From contig NC_043013.1 in NCBI RefSeq assembly GCF_006345805.1, forward strand, positions 52,080,001 to 52,144,000: DNA of 64,000 bases, read 5' to 3'. The notes under the pieces were generated by a model, which saw nothing but the letters and a program-made list of their open reading frames with translations, searched no databases and was not told where the DNA came from. Shown here one piece after another: positions 13,270 to 26,276 of the stretch (position 1 is the stretch's first letter; every line of letters starts with the position of its first letter). The position numbers and the translations under genes are program-made. Source of the stretch: Octopus sinensis (lineage: Eukaryota).

Positions 13270-13620
13270 AATTAGAGACAAAACCACTATTATGCAAATC
13301 GAACAAAGAAAGAGTTAATCCAATACATAAATTAATTTATATAATTTAGAAATTTAACAATTATTAATATCCACTACGATCGTTTCATGTCTTCTACTCA
13401 AAGATGTGATGAAAAGAAGTCATGAAACAATCGTAGTGGATATTAATAATTGTTAAATTTCTAAATTATATTAATTAATTTATGTATTGGATTAAGTCTT
13501 TCTTTGTTTGATTTGCATAATAGTGGTTTTGTCTCTAATTTATATAATATAATATTTTACTATAAATTGGATTCAATCCTAAATCTGATTTTTCCCTGTA
13601 AGTTTGGATTTATTCCCTAA
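13261..13620. mobile_element. Penelope-like terminal repeat remnant forming a fold-back (arms about 135 bp) with a decayed hammerhead core
   Basis: 13261-13395 is the reverse complement of 13415-13549; the centre reads tgatga-aaaga..gaaac-aatc-gta. Confidence 0.6.
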
Positions 13621-13624
13621 TATT

Positions 13625-13653
<29 letters not shown>

Positions 13654-13661
<8 letters not shown>

Positions 13662-13889
13662 TTTGGCCAAAATCCACCTGACAGTAAATCAAAACTATTT
13701 AATTCCAAGATTAAAACAAAAAATAATTTTATGTGAGACTTTGCTAATAAATAGACAAATGTAAAATAAAAAACGGTGATTTTAACTCACAGCATTCAAT
13801 TATTAAAGCGTTCATAATTGGAATGAATAAATAAAATTGAATATTAAGTATTTATAGAATTTTGATTTACTGTTGGGTGACTTTTGACC
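13654..13889. mobile_element. Tc1/mariner-type MITE
   Basis: About 38-bp imperfect TIRs (tttggccaaaatccacctgacagtaaatcaaaa / ttttgatttactgttgggtgacttttgaccaa) flanked by TA. Confidence 0.75.
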
Positions 13890-13999
13890 AACCCTGTATA
13901 TATATAAAGGTTGATAATCAGATATGGAAACAATTCTCTTAGTTGCTCAGAATTGTTAGGACCCTCACTCTCTCTCTCTCTCTCTCGCTTGTGCCAGCT

Positions 14000-14620
14000 T
14001 GACCAACCTCAAATCTGTCCTCTTTGATTAGTTACTCTGACCATTGGTGCTGTGAGTTTTTATACTTGTGCTTCCATAGATCTGAGAGATATATATGTTG
14101 GGCAGCCTACCTCATGGTCTGGAATCAAAGAACTCCTGACATAAGAACTCCTGACTAAGGCGGCAAGCTGATAGAAATGTTAGTACGCCGAGCGAAATGC
14201 TTAGCGGTATTTTGTCTGCCGTTACGTTCTGAGTTCAAATTCCTATGAGGTTGACTTTGCCTTTCATCCTTTCGGGGTCGATAAATTAAGTACCAGTTAC
14301 GCACTGGGTGTCAATGTAATCGACTTAATCCCTTTGTCTGTCCTTGTTTGTGCTCTCTGTGTTTAGCCCCTTGTGGGCAATAAATAAATAAGAACTCCTG
14401 ACATAATGCCAAGAATGATCTGCTTATTTTCGGTGGTCCTCTTACGAAAGAGCCAAACCGTTTCAGTGTTAGTTTTGTCCTTATTAGCTTATTAATAGTG
14501 TATGCTATGTGATGTAATGTGATGTAGCAGTGTCTCTCTTCAACTTCCAGTAACACAGGAATCGGAAACCAAGTTCCATTTGACTGAAGAATTCTGCTCT
14601 AATCTCTGTATTTTTACCAC
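14000..14620 (-). pseudogene. Possible ancient RTE-clade RT 3' fragment, split by the SINE
   Basis: ..INKLIRTKLTLKRFGSFVR..SRP*GRLPNIYISQI resembles the RTE RLRFAGH..R.RGRP..YID region; weak match. Confidence 0.35.
14156..14390 (+). mobile_element. Full-length family A SINE with 15-bp TSD
   Basis: ataagaactcctgac at 14141-14155 and 14388-14402. Confidence 0.9.
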
Positions 14621-14662
14621 AAGACAAATATAATGTTTATCTGTCAGTCAGTATAGATAGCC

Positions 14663-14699
<37 letters not shown>

Positions 14700-14780
14700 G
14701 CTTGTACATGTGTATCTGTGTGTGTGATATATATATACACACACACATATATAAATATAGATACACACACACACACACGA

Positions 14781-14815
<35 letters not shown>

Positions 14816-14913
14816 TATATATATATATGCATATATATATACATATAGATATATATACGCACACTACATATATATATGCATATATATATACACACACACA
14901 TATATATATATGC

Positions 14914-14956
<43 letters not shown>

Positions 14957-15313
14957 TATACACATACATACGTATATAGTATATATACATTTATACATAT
15001 GTATATATATATACATACACACACATACACAAACACACACATACATTAAACCTCTAACCCCCTTCCCCCACTTTACTACCCTCTTGTACTGTTCTCCCAT
15101 TCCCCTCCCCCCAGTCTTTATGCTCCATTAATCCCCAAACTATTCATACTGAAAAATCAATACATTTTAATCTGGTTACTCTGTAGATTCTCTTGTTTTG
15201 TGTGTGTGTGTGTGTGTGTGTGGTGCTGGCTACACCCCTCCTTGCCATGCAAATCAGTGTCTGTGTGACAATGTTAAAATTATTCCCTTTATATTATGTT
15301 ACAACATTTTGTT

Positions 15314-15345
<32 letters not shown>

Positions 15346-15499
15346 CATCATCATCGCCAATGCAGCTGATATCACATTAGAACCCTCTTACATTCTGAGT
15401 TCAAACCTCACTGCAGTTGACATTGCTTCTCCTCTTTCAAGAGAAAAAAAAAACAAAAAGATATAAGTACCAGTCATGCACCAGGGTCAGTATAATCAA

Positions 15500-15880
15500 C
15501 TGCTCTGTTCAGTTCTGTATTTAAGAGATGAAGAATTATGTACATTATTTACGTTTGATGGATATTTGTCCTCATCTTGTTTGTTGTTAACACAACGTTT
15601 CCACTGATATACCCTCCAGCCTTCATCAGATGTCCTGGGGAAATTTCGAACCTGGGTTCTCATTCCTAAGGTATTTTTCGATGTTATTAATATTCAGGTC
15701 ACTGCTTGGAATTGAATATAATAATAATAATTACATAGAAAAATACCTTAGGAATGAGAACCCAGGTTCGAAATTTCTCCAAGACACCTGATGAAGGCTG
15801 GAGGTTATATCAGCTGAAACGTATTAACAGCAAAAAAGATGAGGACAAATATCCGTCAAATGTAAATAATGAACTGCTCT
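15500..15880. mobile_element. Inverted pair of hammerhead-bearing SINE/Penelope-like elements
   Basis: 15500-15690 is the reverse complement of 15735-15880; cores ctgatga-aggctg..cagc(t/g)-gaaacgt; partial tRNA-like head between the arms. Confidence 0.8.
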
Positions 15881-16189
15881 GTTGTCACTATGTGAGAAAA
15901 AGTTGTAGCATCAACCCACAGACTGTGAAATTTATTGACATTCCTTGTCAACAAATCATTTGGTATATTTGCACTTTTGAAGATGAGTGGATGAAAAATA
16001 ATCCCTTACTTGAAAAACAGGTAAGGGTTAGCAACAGGAAGGGCATTTGGTTGTTAAGCGGTATCTCAATCATGTATCCATCTAACCCATGCTAGCATGG
16101 GAAAGAAATGGATGTAAAAAGAAACAAACAAAACAATTGGCTGAATCATTTTTGTATAAAATAGTTAGGTATATTAAATTTTATTCAAA

Positions 16190-16422
16190 GCACCATTTGA
16201 GCGTGGTTGATGCCAGTGCTGCCTGACTGGCCCTTGTGCTGGTGGCATGTAAAAAGCACCCACTACACTCTTGGAGTGGTTGGTGTTAGGAAGGACATCC
16301 AGCTGTAGAAACCATGCCAGATCAGATTGGAGCCTGGCACAGCCTCCTGGTTTGCCAGTCCTCAGTCAAACTGTCCAACGCATGCCAGCATCGAAAGCGG
16401 ATGTTAAATGATGATGATGATG
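16190..16422 (+). mobile_element. RTE 3'-tail fragment (family C)
   Basis: aaaagcacccactacactc..(GAT)n tail. Confidence 0.85.
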
Positions 16423-16429
16423 ACACCAT

Positions 16430-17560
16430 ATCTTGTGAAACTCCAGAATATTTTTAGTGGAACTCAGGGATTTTCTTGGAATTCATTTTAGGAATCTCTG
16501 GATTAGATGGATCAGCAATGGACAAAGGAAAAAGTGCCTATATCTGTGACATCTTGCTGGGACTTTAAGACAGGTTGGAGGGGCAAGGCTGGAAGAAACT
16601 ATGATTCCTGGTTAATGTCATTGGAAACCAAGTCTGAATTTTTGGAACATAGTGGAAAGCACCTTGTGAAGATGCTTAAGGATTGGGTGGTTTGTTAAGC
16701 TGGTTGGCAGATTATGTCAACTGACCGTTATTTGTATTGTATAGCTAGGTGTCACTCATGAGCGAATGTGGCGTGGTAACTGGTACTTGTGCTTACTTGT
16801 ACATGCAGCAAAATTCACCTGGGGTAAAGGGGCAAGGTACCTTCTTTAGTCTTGCTGACTCATAAGGGCTGGTTTCATGGTTTCAATGGCGTATATATTC
16901 CCTACCCAGATGGGATGCTAGTCTCCCGTAGGGTTAACTCACTTTTGCCTGCTGAGTGGACTGGAGCAACATGGAATAAAGTGTTTTGCTCAAGAACACA
17001 ACGCGTCGCCTGGTCCAAGAATTGAAACTACAATCTTATGATCATGAGTCCAACACCCCTAACCACTAAGTCACATGCCTCCATATTCACCTGGGTTGAG
17101 CTGGTTCCGACCAATGAATTCACCACATCCTTCACAAATGCTGATCACATCAAACGGTGGGCCATAGACGAGACTGTAATGTATAATGGATACCTGCAGT
17201 CAATTCCACTGCCAAAGACCATAGATGTGGGGGCCCTGATTGTGCTGACGCCATCACCATAAACGTCATTCATTGATGAGAGGTAGAGTTCATGTTTTGG
17301 GTTTCAGTGGGAATACATGTTCACATGTGGTTTCCGGTCACATAAACACACACTTCAGGATAGTGTGGTCTGTAGCTGCTCATTTTACTCTTGATTATTG
17401 ACCGTCGCTGAGGATTTGCTGACCAAGTCACTGCCGACTACCAGAGCAGACATAGCCTGGTTTTGAGGCATGCGCAGACTTGCAGGCAGGGGTTGGCGTT
17501 ACCATAGTAATCTGTACCATGCTGTCACTAGTTGTTATAGGTGCCTGTGTAATCACAAGC
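16430..17560 (-). pseudogene. Highly degenerate CR1-like LINE ORF2 (APE endonuclease and linker), interrupted by a SINE
   Basis: Ordered remnants across frameshifts: EVCVYV, HYSLVYGPP, GEF (GDF-like), QTWF, ARCHR, KIFWSFT, matching the order in CR1 APE-linker regions. Confidence 0.45.
16824..17084 (-). mobile_element. tRNA-derived SINE with 11-bp TSD
   Basis: attcacctggg at 16813-16823 and 17085-17095; tRNA-like head in reverse at about 17010-17080. Confidence 0.85.
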
Positions 17561-18115
17561 AGACAAATACATTCTCTTGACACTCTCTCACTATTTGACC
17601 AGGCAGCACATCCAAGATTACAGCTGGGGGAAGAAGGAGCTGCACCAGCACTGGGTTGGAACTTGTTTACGGCTGAGTAGACTGAAACAACATGAAATGA
17701 AACTGTGCTCAAAGAGACAGCACTCTGTGCAGTCTAGGAATTGAACCCATAACCTTATGATCATGAGCGAAATAGCCTAACTACTAGACCATCACAAGCC
17801 AATAAGGGAGTTGCTATGTGGCTGTTTAACCTGCTAGGAATAATGACTAAATCTTCCTCAATCTGTCTTTGCCATATTGTATTTATGAAGGACATTGGTT
17901 TGTATAGTGAAGCATATATTATGTCTGTAAACAAAAAGAAAAACCTTAAAAGTAATAGAGGGTGGTCATGATTGGAAAGATTATTTGTTTTACTTCCATT
18001 TTTCCATGCTTACTTGGGTCAGATGAATATATGTTGTTTGAAGTATTGTTTTACACTGGATCCTCTTCCTGACACTCTTACCTATTTTAGAAATAAGGGA
18101 TTGCTTATTCCTTAC

Positions 18116-18185
18116 GGCCTCAAAGGCACAAAGTGACCGGATGATTTGTTGAGAGAAGAAACGGACAACAGCACTTTCTGCCACA
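18116..18185 (-). CDS. Probable internal exon (phase 2 to phase 0): VAESAVVRFFSQQIIRSLCAFEA; alternative acceptor at 18200 adds DRSYS
   Basis: Acceptor gtacag, donor GCC|gtaagg; 70 nt open; end phase compatible with the 9715-9870 exon. Confidence 0.5.
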
Positions 18186-18417
18186 CTGTACGAGCGATCA
18201 CTGATGTAAACACACATGTAGACACACAAACATGCACAAATATACTCATGTATGTATGCGGCTGTGTGGTAAGATGCTTGCTTCCCGACCACATGGTTCC
18301 GGGTTCAGTCCCACTCTGTTGCCACCTTGGGCAATTGTCTTTTACCATAACTTCAGGCTGACCAAAGCCTTGCAAGTGGATTTGGTTGACAGAAACTGAA
18401 AGAAGCCCATCATATAT

Positions 18418-18463
<46 letters not shown>

Positions 18464-18479
18464 GTATGTGTGTGTGTGT

Positions 18480-18800
18480 GTGGAGGTCCAATGGCCCAGT
18501 GGTTATGGCAGTGGACTCGCGGTTGTAGGATCGCGGTTTCGATTCCCAGACCGGGCGTTGTGAGTGTTTATTGAGCAAAAACACCTAAAGCTCCATGAGG
18601 CTCCAGCAGGGGGTGGTGGCGATCCCTGCTGTACTCTTTCGCCACAACTTTCTCTCACTCTTTCTTCTGTTGGCCTGTTCGCTTCCAGGTTCAATTCCAC
18701 TGCATGTTTGAAGGCTAAAACAATGCGAAGCGCATTGTGACCAGCGATGTGTAGCAACATCTGATAGCCTGGTCGGTCACGGTGATCACGGTGATATCTA
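18480..18800 (+). mobile_element. Family D SINE
   Basis: A-box tggcccagtgg and B-box gtttcgattcc. Confidence 0.85.
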
Positions 18801-19059
18801 TCTATCTATCTATATATATACACACACACACACACATACACATACACACGTGTGTGTGTGTGTTTATGCCTGTATTTATTCTCCACCACTGCTTGACAAC
18901 TGGTGTTGGTGTGTTTACATTCCTGTAATTTAGCAGTTTGGCAAAAAAGACTGATAGATGAAGTACCAAGCTTAAAATAATAAATACTGGAGTTGATTCA
19001 TTCGACTAAAAATTCTTCAAGGTAGTGCTGTAGCATGGCTGCAACTACAATTTCCATTT

Positions 19060-19310
19060 GATTTTTATTTTGATGTACTTGACTCAATAGGTCTCCTCAA
19101 GCACAGCAGGTCGCCCAACGATCCAAGGTAAACACAACAGGCTGTCCTGCAATCCAAGGTACTTTGGATGGGCTGGGGCTTCTATGTGAATCTGTCGGGT
19201 CTTTGCAGTCACAGCGTATCTCCAGAGGTCTCGGTCTTTTGTCATTGCCTCTGTGAGGCCCAACGTTCGAAGGTCATGCTTGACCACCTCATCCCATGTC
19301 TTCCTGTCTA
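19060..19310 (-). mobile_element. RTE fragment containing the ORF2 C-terminus
   Basis: RKTWDEVVKHDLRTLGLTEAMTKDRDLWRYAVTAKTRQ matches the end of the 27003 ORF. Confidence 0.9.
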
Positions 19311-20199
19311 TATATATATAATTCAAAATAATGCTGAAGAACATGTATGACTAACTGACAGAAGAAAAAAAAAACAGACATAGAGAAACCCATTTCATTA
19401 ACCAATTTTCTGTGTAGAATCATTATGATTTTGACATTTGTAAGAATTTGGAATCCTTCATCTGGATGGTACAAAGGTTCACATAAAATAAAATGTAAAT
19501 GAGTTTGGATGCTAAAAATGGCACACGGGTAAAAAAAAAGAATTTGTACGTGCGTGCAAAGCTGCTTTAGGCCTTGTCTTTTGCGGTAGGTCAGTTGGTA
19601 GAGTGAAGGGCTGTAGGGGGATAATTTGTGGTAGGCGGAAGGAAAATCTTTGAAGATGTGATCTGTATATACTACCAAGATCGACCTGGCATTATATAAC
19701 AATGATAACAACAACAACAACAACAGCAATGACCATACTAAATTATCGATTGCGATTATTTTTGTCTGTTAAAAAAATCATTGTTATTGTGACTGATATT
19801 CTTGTTGTTGTTGCTGTTGTTAGAAATATTTATCTCTTGTAAACATGGTATATAAATATATGTCAAACATGAAACGCCTGCATTATCTGCTTGACTTTTC
19901 CCCAATCTGGTGTCTTAGCATTCGGCAGGCTTTGATACAGGCAGTTGGTCGGTCGGTCGGTCGGTGGCTGGCTGGTCTGTTGGTTACATGGAACACACAG
20001 AATATGGTAATTCATCAAAGAAACTTATTATATGGTTCCCTGACTTGATGATATGGCATCAACTACTTCTACATCAATCAAATTCTTGCTTTGTTTATCA
20101 AAAAAGAACCACAAAACCAAAAAAAAGAAACCCTGACACCTCTACTCAAACATCAATATCAAAGTGTGTGTGTGTATATATATGTGTCTGTGTGTGTGT

Positions 20200-20394
20200 A
20201 TCCTTTTATTGTTTGTCACTTGACTGCAGCCATGCTGGAGCATCACCTTGAAGGATTTTAGTTGAACAAATCAACTCCAAGACTTATTTTTTAAGCCTAG
20301 TACTTATTTTATCAGTCTCTTTTGTTGAACCACTATGTTATGGGAATGTCAACACCACCAACATTGCTTGTCAAGTGGAGATGAGGGAACAAAT

Positions 20395-20436
<42 letters not shown>

Positions 20437-21196
20437 TGGGCTACTTTCAGTTTCCATCTACTAAATCCATTCACAAGGGTAATAAATGTTTGTGTGTGTA
20501 TATACATATATACATACATACAGATATATACACAGATAGATAGATAGACGCAAGCATATTCATGTGGTTAAGAAGCTTTGGGGCAGCTGTGTGATTCCAG
20601 GTTCAATTCCACTGCATGGTATTTTGGGCAAGTGTCTTCTACTATAGTCACAGGTCAGCCTATGACAAATGAGAGGAATTTCATCGGCGGAAATGGTACG
20701 GAATCATTCGTGGCAGGCAAAATGCCTTGCAGCATTTGTTCATGTGCTTGACATTCTGAGTTCAAATCCTGCTGAGGTTTACTTTATCTCTTATCCTTTC
20801 AGGGCTGATAAGATAAAGTACCAGTCATGTACTGGGGATTGATGGTGTAGACTAAGCTTCTCCCCTCAATATTACTGGCCTTGTGACTAAATTAGAAGCC
20901 ATTAAAGATAATGAGCTGCCAGTAGAAAATGCCTCTTGGCATTTCAGCTGGGTTTTTTTTTATGTTCTGAGTTCAAATCCCACTGAAATTGGCTTTGCTT
21001 CCCTCCTTCTGGAAGTTGATAAAATAAAATGCCAGGTGCAGGAGTGGCTGTGTGGTAAGAAGTTTGCTTCCCAACAACATCGTCCCTGGTTCAGTCCCAC
21101 TGCGTGGCACCTTGGGCAAGTGTCTTCTAATATATCCATGGGCTTACCAAAGCCTTGTGAGTGGATTTGGTAGACGGAAACTGAAAGAAGTCTGTC

Positions 21197-21248
<52 letters not shown>

Positions 21249-21830
21249 TTGTCCCCGCCACCATCGCTTGACAACTGATGCTGGTGTGTTTATGTCCCTG
21301 TGACTTAGTGGTTTGGCGAAAGAGACCGATAGAATAAGTACCAGGCTTACGAAGAATAAGTTTGGGGGTTGATTAAAAAGGAAGTAAGCTGGCAGAGTTG
21401 TTAGCATGTCGGACAAAATGTTTAGCTACATTTCGTTTGTCATTACATTCTGAGTTCAAATTCTGCTGAGGTCAGCTTTGCTGTTCATCCTTTCGAGATT
21501 GATCAATAAGTACCAGTTGAATACTGGGGTCGATGTAATCAACTAGTCTCCCCCCACTCAAAATTCAGGCCTTGTGCCTTTAGTAGAAAGGATTATTATT
21601 AATATTAAAAGCGATAAGCTGGCAGAATTGTTAAAGTATCAGAAAAAAAATGCTTCATAGCATTTTATCTGACTCTTCGCGTTCTGAGTTCAAATCTCAC
21701 CGTGATCATTTTCGCCTTTTAACATTCTGGGGGTGATAAAATAAGTACCAACCAGGTAGCACTGGGCTCAAGACTATCAGCTAACACCCAGCCCCTTAAA
21801 AACTGCTGGTCTTGTGCCTCAATCAGAAAC
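20200..21830. mobile_element. Cluster of family A and B SINEs
   Basis: Family B (-) 20200-20480, A about 20700-20920, B (+) 21040-21380, A 21385-21600 and 21605-21830. Confidence 0.8.
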
Positions 21831-22019
21831 CCTATTATACACCGTATGATGTCAACATTATGTGCTGACAGGTTTCTTTTTATCAGATTAATCCTTCGTC
21901 TTATTGTAATCTATTTTATTTCAATCTGAAATCTCTTTTCTTTTCCATGTTTTTTTTTGTTGTGTTGGCTTTTAATCTTTTTGTTCTTTATTGTCTTTCA
22001 TCTCTGGCACTAATTAACC

Positions 22020-22144
22020 TTAACTGTCTCTCTCTCTCCTCCCCCATCTCTCTCTCCTCCCCCATCTCTCTCTCCTCCCCCCCCATCTCTCTCTCTCTCC
22101 TCCCCCATCTCTCTCTCTCCTCCCCCATCTCTCTCTCCCCCCCA

Positions 22145-22192
<48 letters not shown>

Positions 22193-22330
22193 CCCCATCT
22201 CTCTCTCTCCTCCCCCATCTCTCTCTCCTCCCCCATCTCTCTCTCCTCCCCCATCTCTCTCTCCTCCCCCATCTCTCTCTCCTCACCATCTCTCTCTCCT
22301 CCACCATCTCTCTCTTCTTCCACCTCTCTC
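22020..22330. repeat. About 18-19-bp minisatellite (ctctctctcctcccccat)n
   Basis: More than 10 readable units. Confidence 0.9.
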
Positions 22331-23023
22331 TCCCTCAGTCTCTTTATGTCTTTCTATCTTTGCTCATATGTCTCTGACCTCCTTCTCTCTCTCTTCTCCA
22401 CTGTCTCCGTCTGTCTCTTGGTCTCTCTCTCTCTCTCTTCTCCACTGTCTGTGTCTGTCTCTTGGTATCTCTCTCTCCTCCTCTCTCTCTTCATCTCACT
22501 CTCATTGTCTTTCTCTGTCTATTTCTTCACTCACTCTGCATCTTTCTATTTCTGTTTATCAGTATCTGTAGATCTCTCTCTCTGTATATTTGCTTCTCTC
22601 TCTCAGTCTTCAGTTTTCTTTGTCTCGCTCTCTTCATATATTTGTGTGTGTGTGTGTGTATCCTTGTCTTAACATCATGTGATTGTCGTAAACAATCATC
22701 ATCATCATCATTATCATCGTACAAGAGATGTTTGTTTCTAGTCTTTCCATGGAAATTGTGTCTGGCTAAGGGGATATATCACCTTGCTTGGAAACATGAG
22801 AATTGGCAGCTGGAAGGGTATCTGGCCATAGAAAATCTTCCTGAGAAAACTCCATCTGATGATGGGCATTAAATGACAAACACACTCTGTCTTTCTTTCT
22901 CTCTTACTCCATCTCCTCCTCACTCTCTCTCTCTCTTCATGTTTCCTCTGCTCTTTTTCTTTCTTTCTGTGTGTGTGTGTATATATATATATATGACACT
23001 CTCTTCCTCTCCATTGCATAGAT

Positions 23024-23064
<41 letters not shown>

Positions 23065-23659
23065 TATTTGACCAAAGTCTACATATTCTGACGGCTACTT
23101 TCACTTTCAAAATAAATTTTATTTTTACTCCCCCTACACCATTTCATCATTAGTGTCATTCTATTCATACACATATCTCTTTCACACACACACGTACACA
23201 CATTAAACATACAGTACCTCTTTCTCATACAATTATTTATATAAATTATATATTTATGTACACACACACACACACAACATCACTCTTACACACACTCAAG
23301 CTAGACATATACTCATTATAGTACCACATACATACACTCAAATCATACAAGCCACACGCACACACACAGCACTCACATGCACACAAACACGCACGACTCA
23401 CACAAACCCATATAATACATCAAACACACACGCATGCACATCACACAAGCTTACTCCCCTCCACACTCTCCCACACACCACAGCCTCGCCACACCTTGGC
23501 TTTCGCTCCATCCCTCCCCCATTATTATTATCTGCCCGCCCCCACCCTTTTGTTACAGCATCTTCATCAATGCAGCTCGTTTGCTAAATCTCATTACTCT
23601 CTGTAATTTACTCTGAGAACTCACATGTGTTGATCTCTTCAAATATCAATTACCTGCAT

Positions 23660-23662
23660 GAA

Positions 23663-23698
<36 letters not shown>

Positions 23699-24550
23699 TG
23701 AAGTCACCATCGTCATTGTAATTACCATCAACACCATCATCATCATCATCATCATCATTATGGCTGTCGTCATTGTCATCATTATGACCGTTGTTGTCCT
23801 CATCCCCATTTGTTGTTGTCATCATCATCACCACCTTCATCACTACCACCACCGCCTTCATCATCATCATCACCACCATCACCACCATCATCACCACCAC
23901 CATCACCATCATCACCATCACCACCACCACCGCCTTCATCATCACCACCATCATCACCACCACCACCATCACCACCACCATCACCACCACCATCACCACC
24001 ATCATCACCACCATCACCGCCTTCATCATCACCATCACCACCATCACCACCATCATCACCACCACCACCATCACCACCACCATCACCACCATCACCACCA
24101 TCACCACCATCATCACCACCATCACCACCATCACCATCATCACCATCACCACCATCATCACCACCATCATCATCACCATCATCATCATCACTATCATCAT
24201 TTGTCATGATGGCTATCGTCATCATCATTGTCATTTGTCAACATGATAACCTTCGTGTCATGTCATCATCATCATCATTTGTTGTTATGGCGACTGTCAT
24301 CATTATCATCATCATCATCTCTGCCTTCATTGGCCTCCTCATCATCATCACCACCACTGTCATCATTCTCATCGTCACTCGTCATAATAATCACCCATTG
24401 TCACTGCTGTCATCATCATCATCATTATCACTACCATTATCATCGCTGTCTTTACCATCACCATCATCATCATCATTGCCATCACCATCACTGTTGTTTC
24501 TATCACCACACCACTATCATTATCATGATGATGATCATCATCATCAGTTT
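23660..24550. repeat. (CAT/CAC)n compound microsatellite
   Basis: Direct reading; poly-H/T/P/GD ORFs are artefacts. Confidence 0.95.
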
Positions 24551-25407
24551 TATCTGCTAGAAATAGCTGCCAGTTCTCCCTGAAATCGCACCCTCCTGTG
24601 TTAAAACAAAGAAAGGTGACATTTGCTGTTGTAGACATTTGCACATGGAAGAAACAACAACAACAACAACAAAATTAAAAACCATTAAACATGGTTGAAA
24701 TACTTTGATTATAGGTTTGGTTGATTGGGGTAACCTGGATTTAAACACCATCATCACCTCCACCACTACCACCATCACTATCACCACCTCCATCATCACC
24801 TCCACTACCTCTACCATCACCACCATCACCATCTCCAACATCACCACTACCACCATGACCACTACTAGCATTCTTATTTTGTCTCAAGGCCAGCAATTTT
24901 GAGAGGAGGGAGGGGGTCAATTAGATTTCATCGACCTCAGTGTCTGATTGGTATTTTATTTCATTAACAATGAAAAGAGGAAAAGCAAAGTCGACCTTAG
25001 CGGAATTTGATAAAAGAAATGCCGTTGAGCATTTTGTCCAATGAGCTAAAGATTCTGTCAGCTTGCCACCTTACCACCACCACCACCACCACCATCACCA
25101 TCGCTACCATCACTCTTACCATCATCATGACTACCATCACCACTATCAACTTTGTCATCACCATTTATTCTCACCACAACCACCTCCACCTAATCCACCA
25201 CCACCACCACTGTCGCCACTACCACCACTGTCGCCACCACCACCACCACCACCACCTCTTTTTGTGGTTACCATTTCTGTTTCATCTCAGTACAGTGCAT
25301 AAGCAATCATTGAAGCCAAATGAGAACAAAAATCTTTTGTTAGATCTCCAAGACTACTTTCTTTAGGAAATCTGCATGGTGCCAGCAGTGATATTGATGA
25401 TAATAAC

Positions 25408-25445
<38 letters not shown>

Positions 25446-25639
25446 TAATGTTAATAATAATTGTATTCTTTTTTTTTTTTGAGCTATAATATCTTATCAT
25501 ATCAGTGAAACATGCTATACAGAAGGTCTGCAAATCATGTGGGTGTCTATTATATTCAATAAACAAAGAGAGAAGGTGTAGGTGGAAAAATGTAATGCAA
25601 CACAGGAAACAGGTTAAATACATACATATACTCTTTACT

Positions 25640-26050
25640 CTTTTACTTGTTTCGGTCATTTGACTGCGGCCATGCTGGAGCACCGCCTTTAGTTGAGCAA
25701 ATCTACCCCAGGACTTATTCTTTGTAAGCCCAGTACTTATTCTATTGGTCTCTTTTGCTGAACCGCTAAGTGACGGGGACATAAACACACCAGCATCGGT
25801 TGTCAAGCAATGCTAGGGGGACAAACACAGACACACAAACACATACACGCACACATATATATATATATATATATACATATATACGACAGGCTTCTTTCAG
25901 TTTCCGTCTACCAAATCCACTCACAAGGCATTGCTCGGCCCGGGGCTATAGCACAAGACACTTGCCCAAGATGCCACGCAGTGGGACTGAACCCGGAACC
26001 ATGTGATTGGTTAGCAAGCTACTTACCACACAGCCACTCCTGCGCCTATA
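25640..26050 (-). mobile_element. Full-length family B SINE
   Basis: Near-consensus copy. Confidence 0.9.
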
Positions 26051-26276
26051 TATATGATTTTAATTCTTTTATATTACATACATATATATATAAAACAAGA
26101 AGACGGAATAAATATGCTTTAATCACAAATCACAACAATTGTTTCTGCACAATGGCAACAGCTGTTAGTGATTGAATTTTCCATGTAATGCTATTACATA
26201 AATTATTATGTAAATAATTATATAAATAAATACGATCCAGTAGCATCAATGTATAATATATATATATATATATTTT

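Noticed and set aside
14400-14590. NGTWFPIPVLLEV resemblance to ATP sulfurylase
   Set aside because: The match is short, and downstream residues fit an RTE RT remnant better.
17038-17712. ORFs of 74, 94 and 66 aa; CEGCGEFIG resembling a GIY-YIG motif
   Set aside because: Many stops and frameshifts; the overall motif order fits a decayed CR1-like APE region.
19550-19775. Minus-strand signal-peptide-like ORF (poly-L then DHIFKDFPSAYHKL..)
   Set aside because: The poly-L comes from a (GTT)n repeat; there is no ATG, only a weak donor and no recognisable homology.
21947-24583. Long S/L, E/G, poly-H, poly-T and G/D ORFs, including a minus-strand donor at about 23655
   Set aside because: Pure microsatellite or minisatellite translation.
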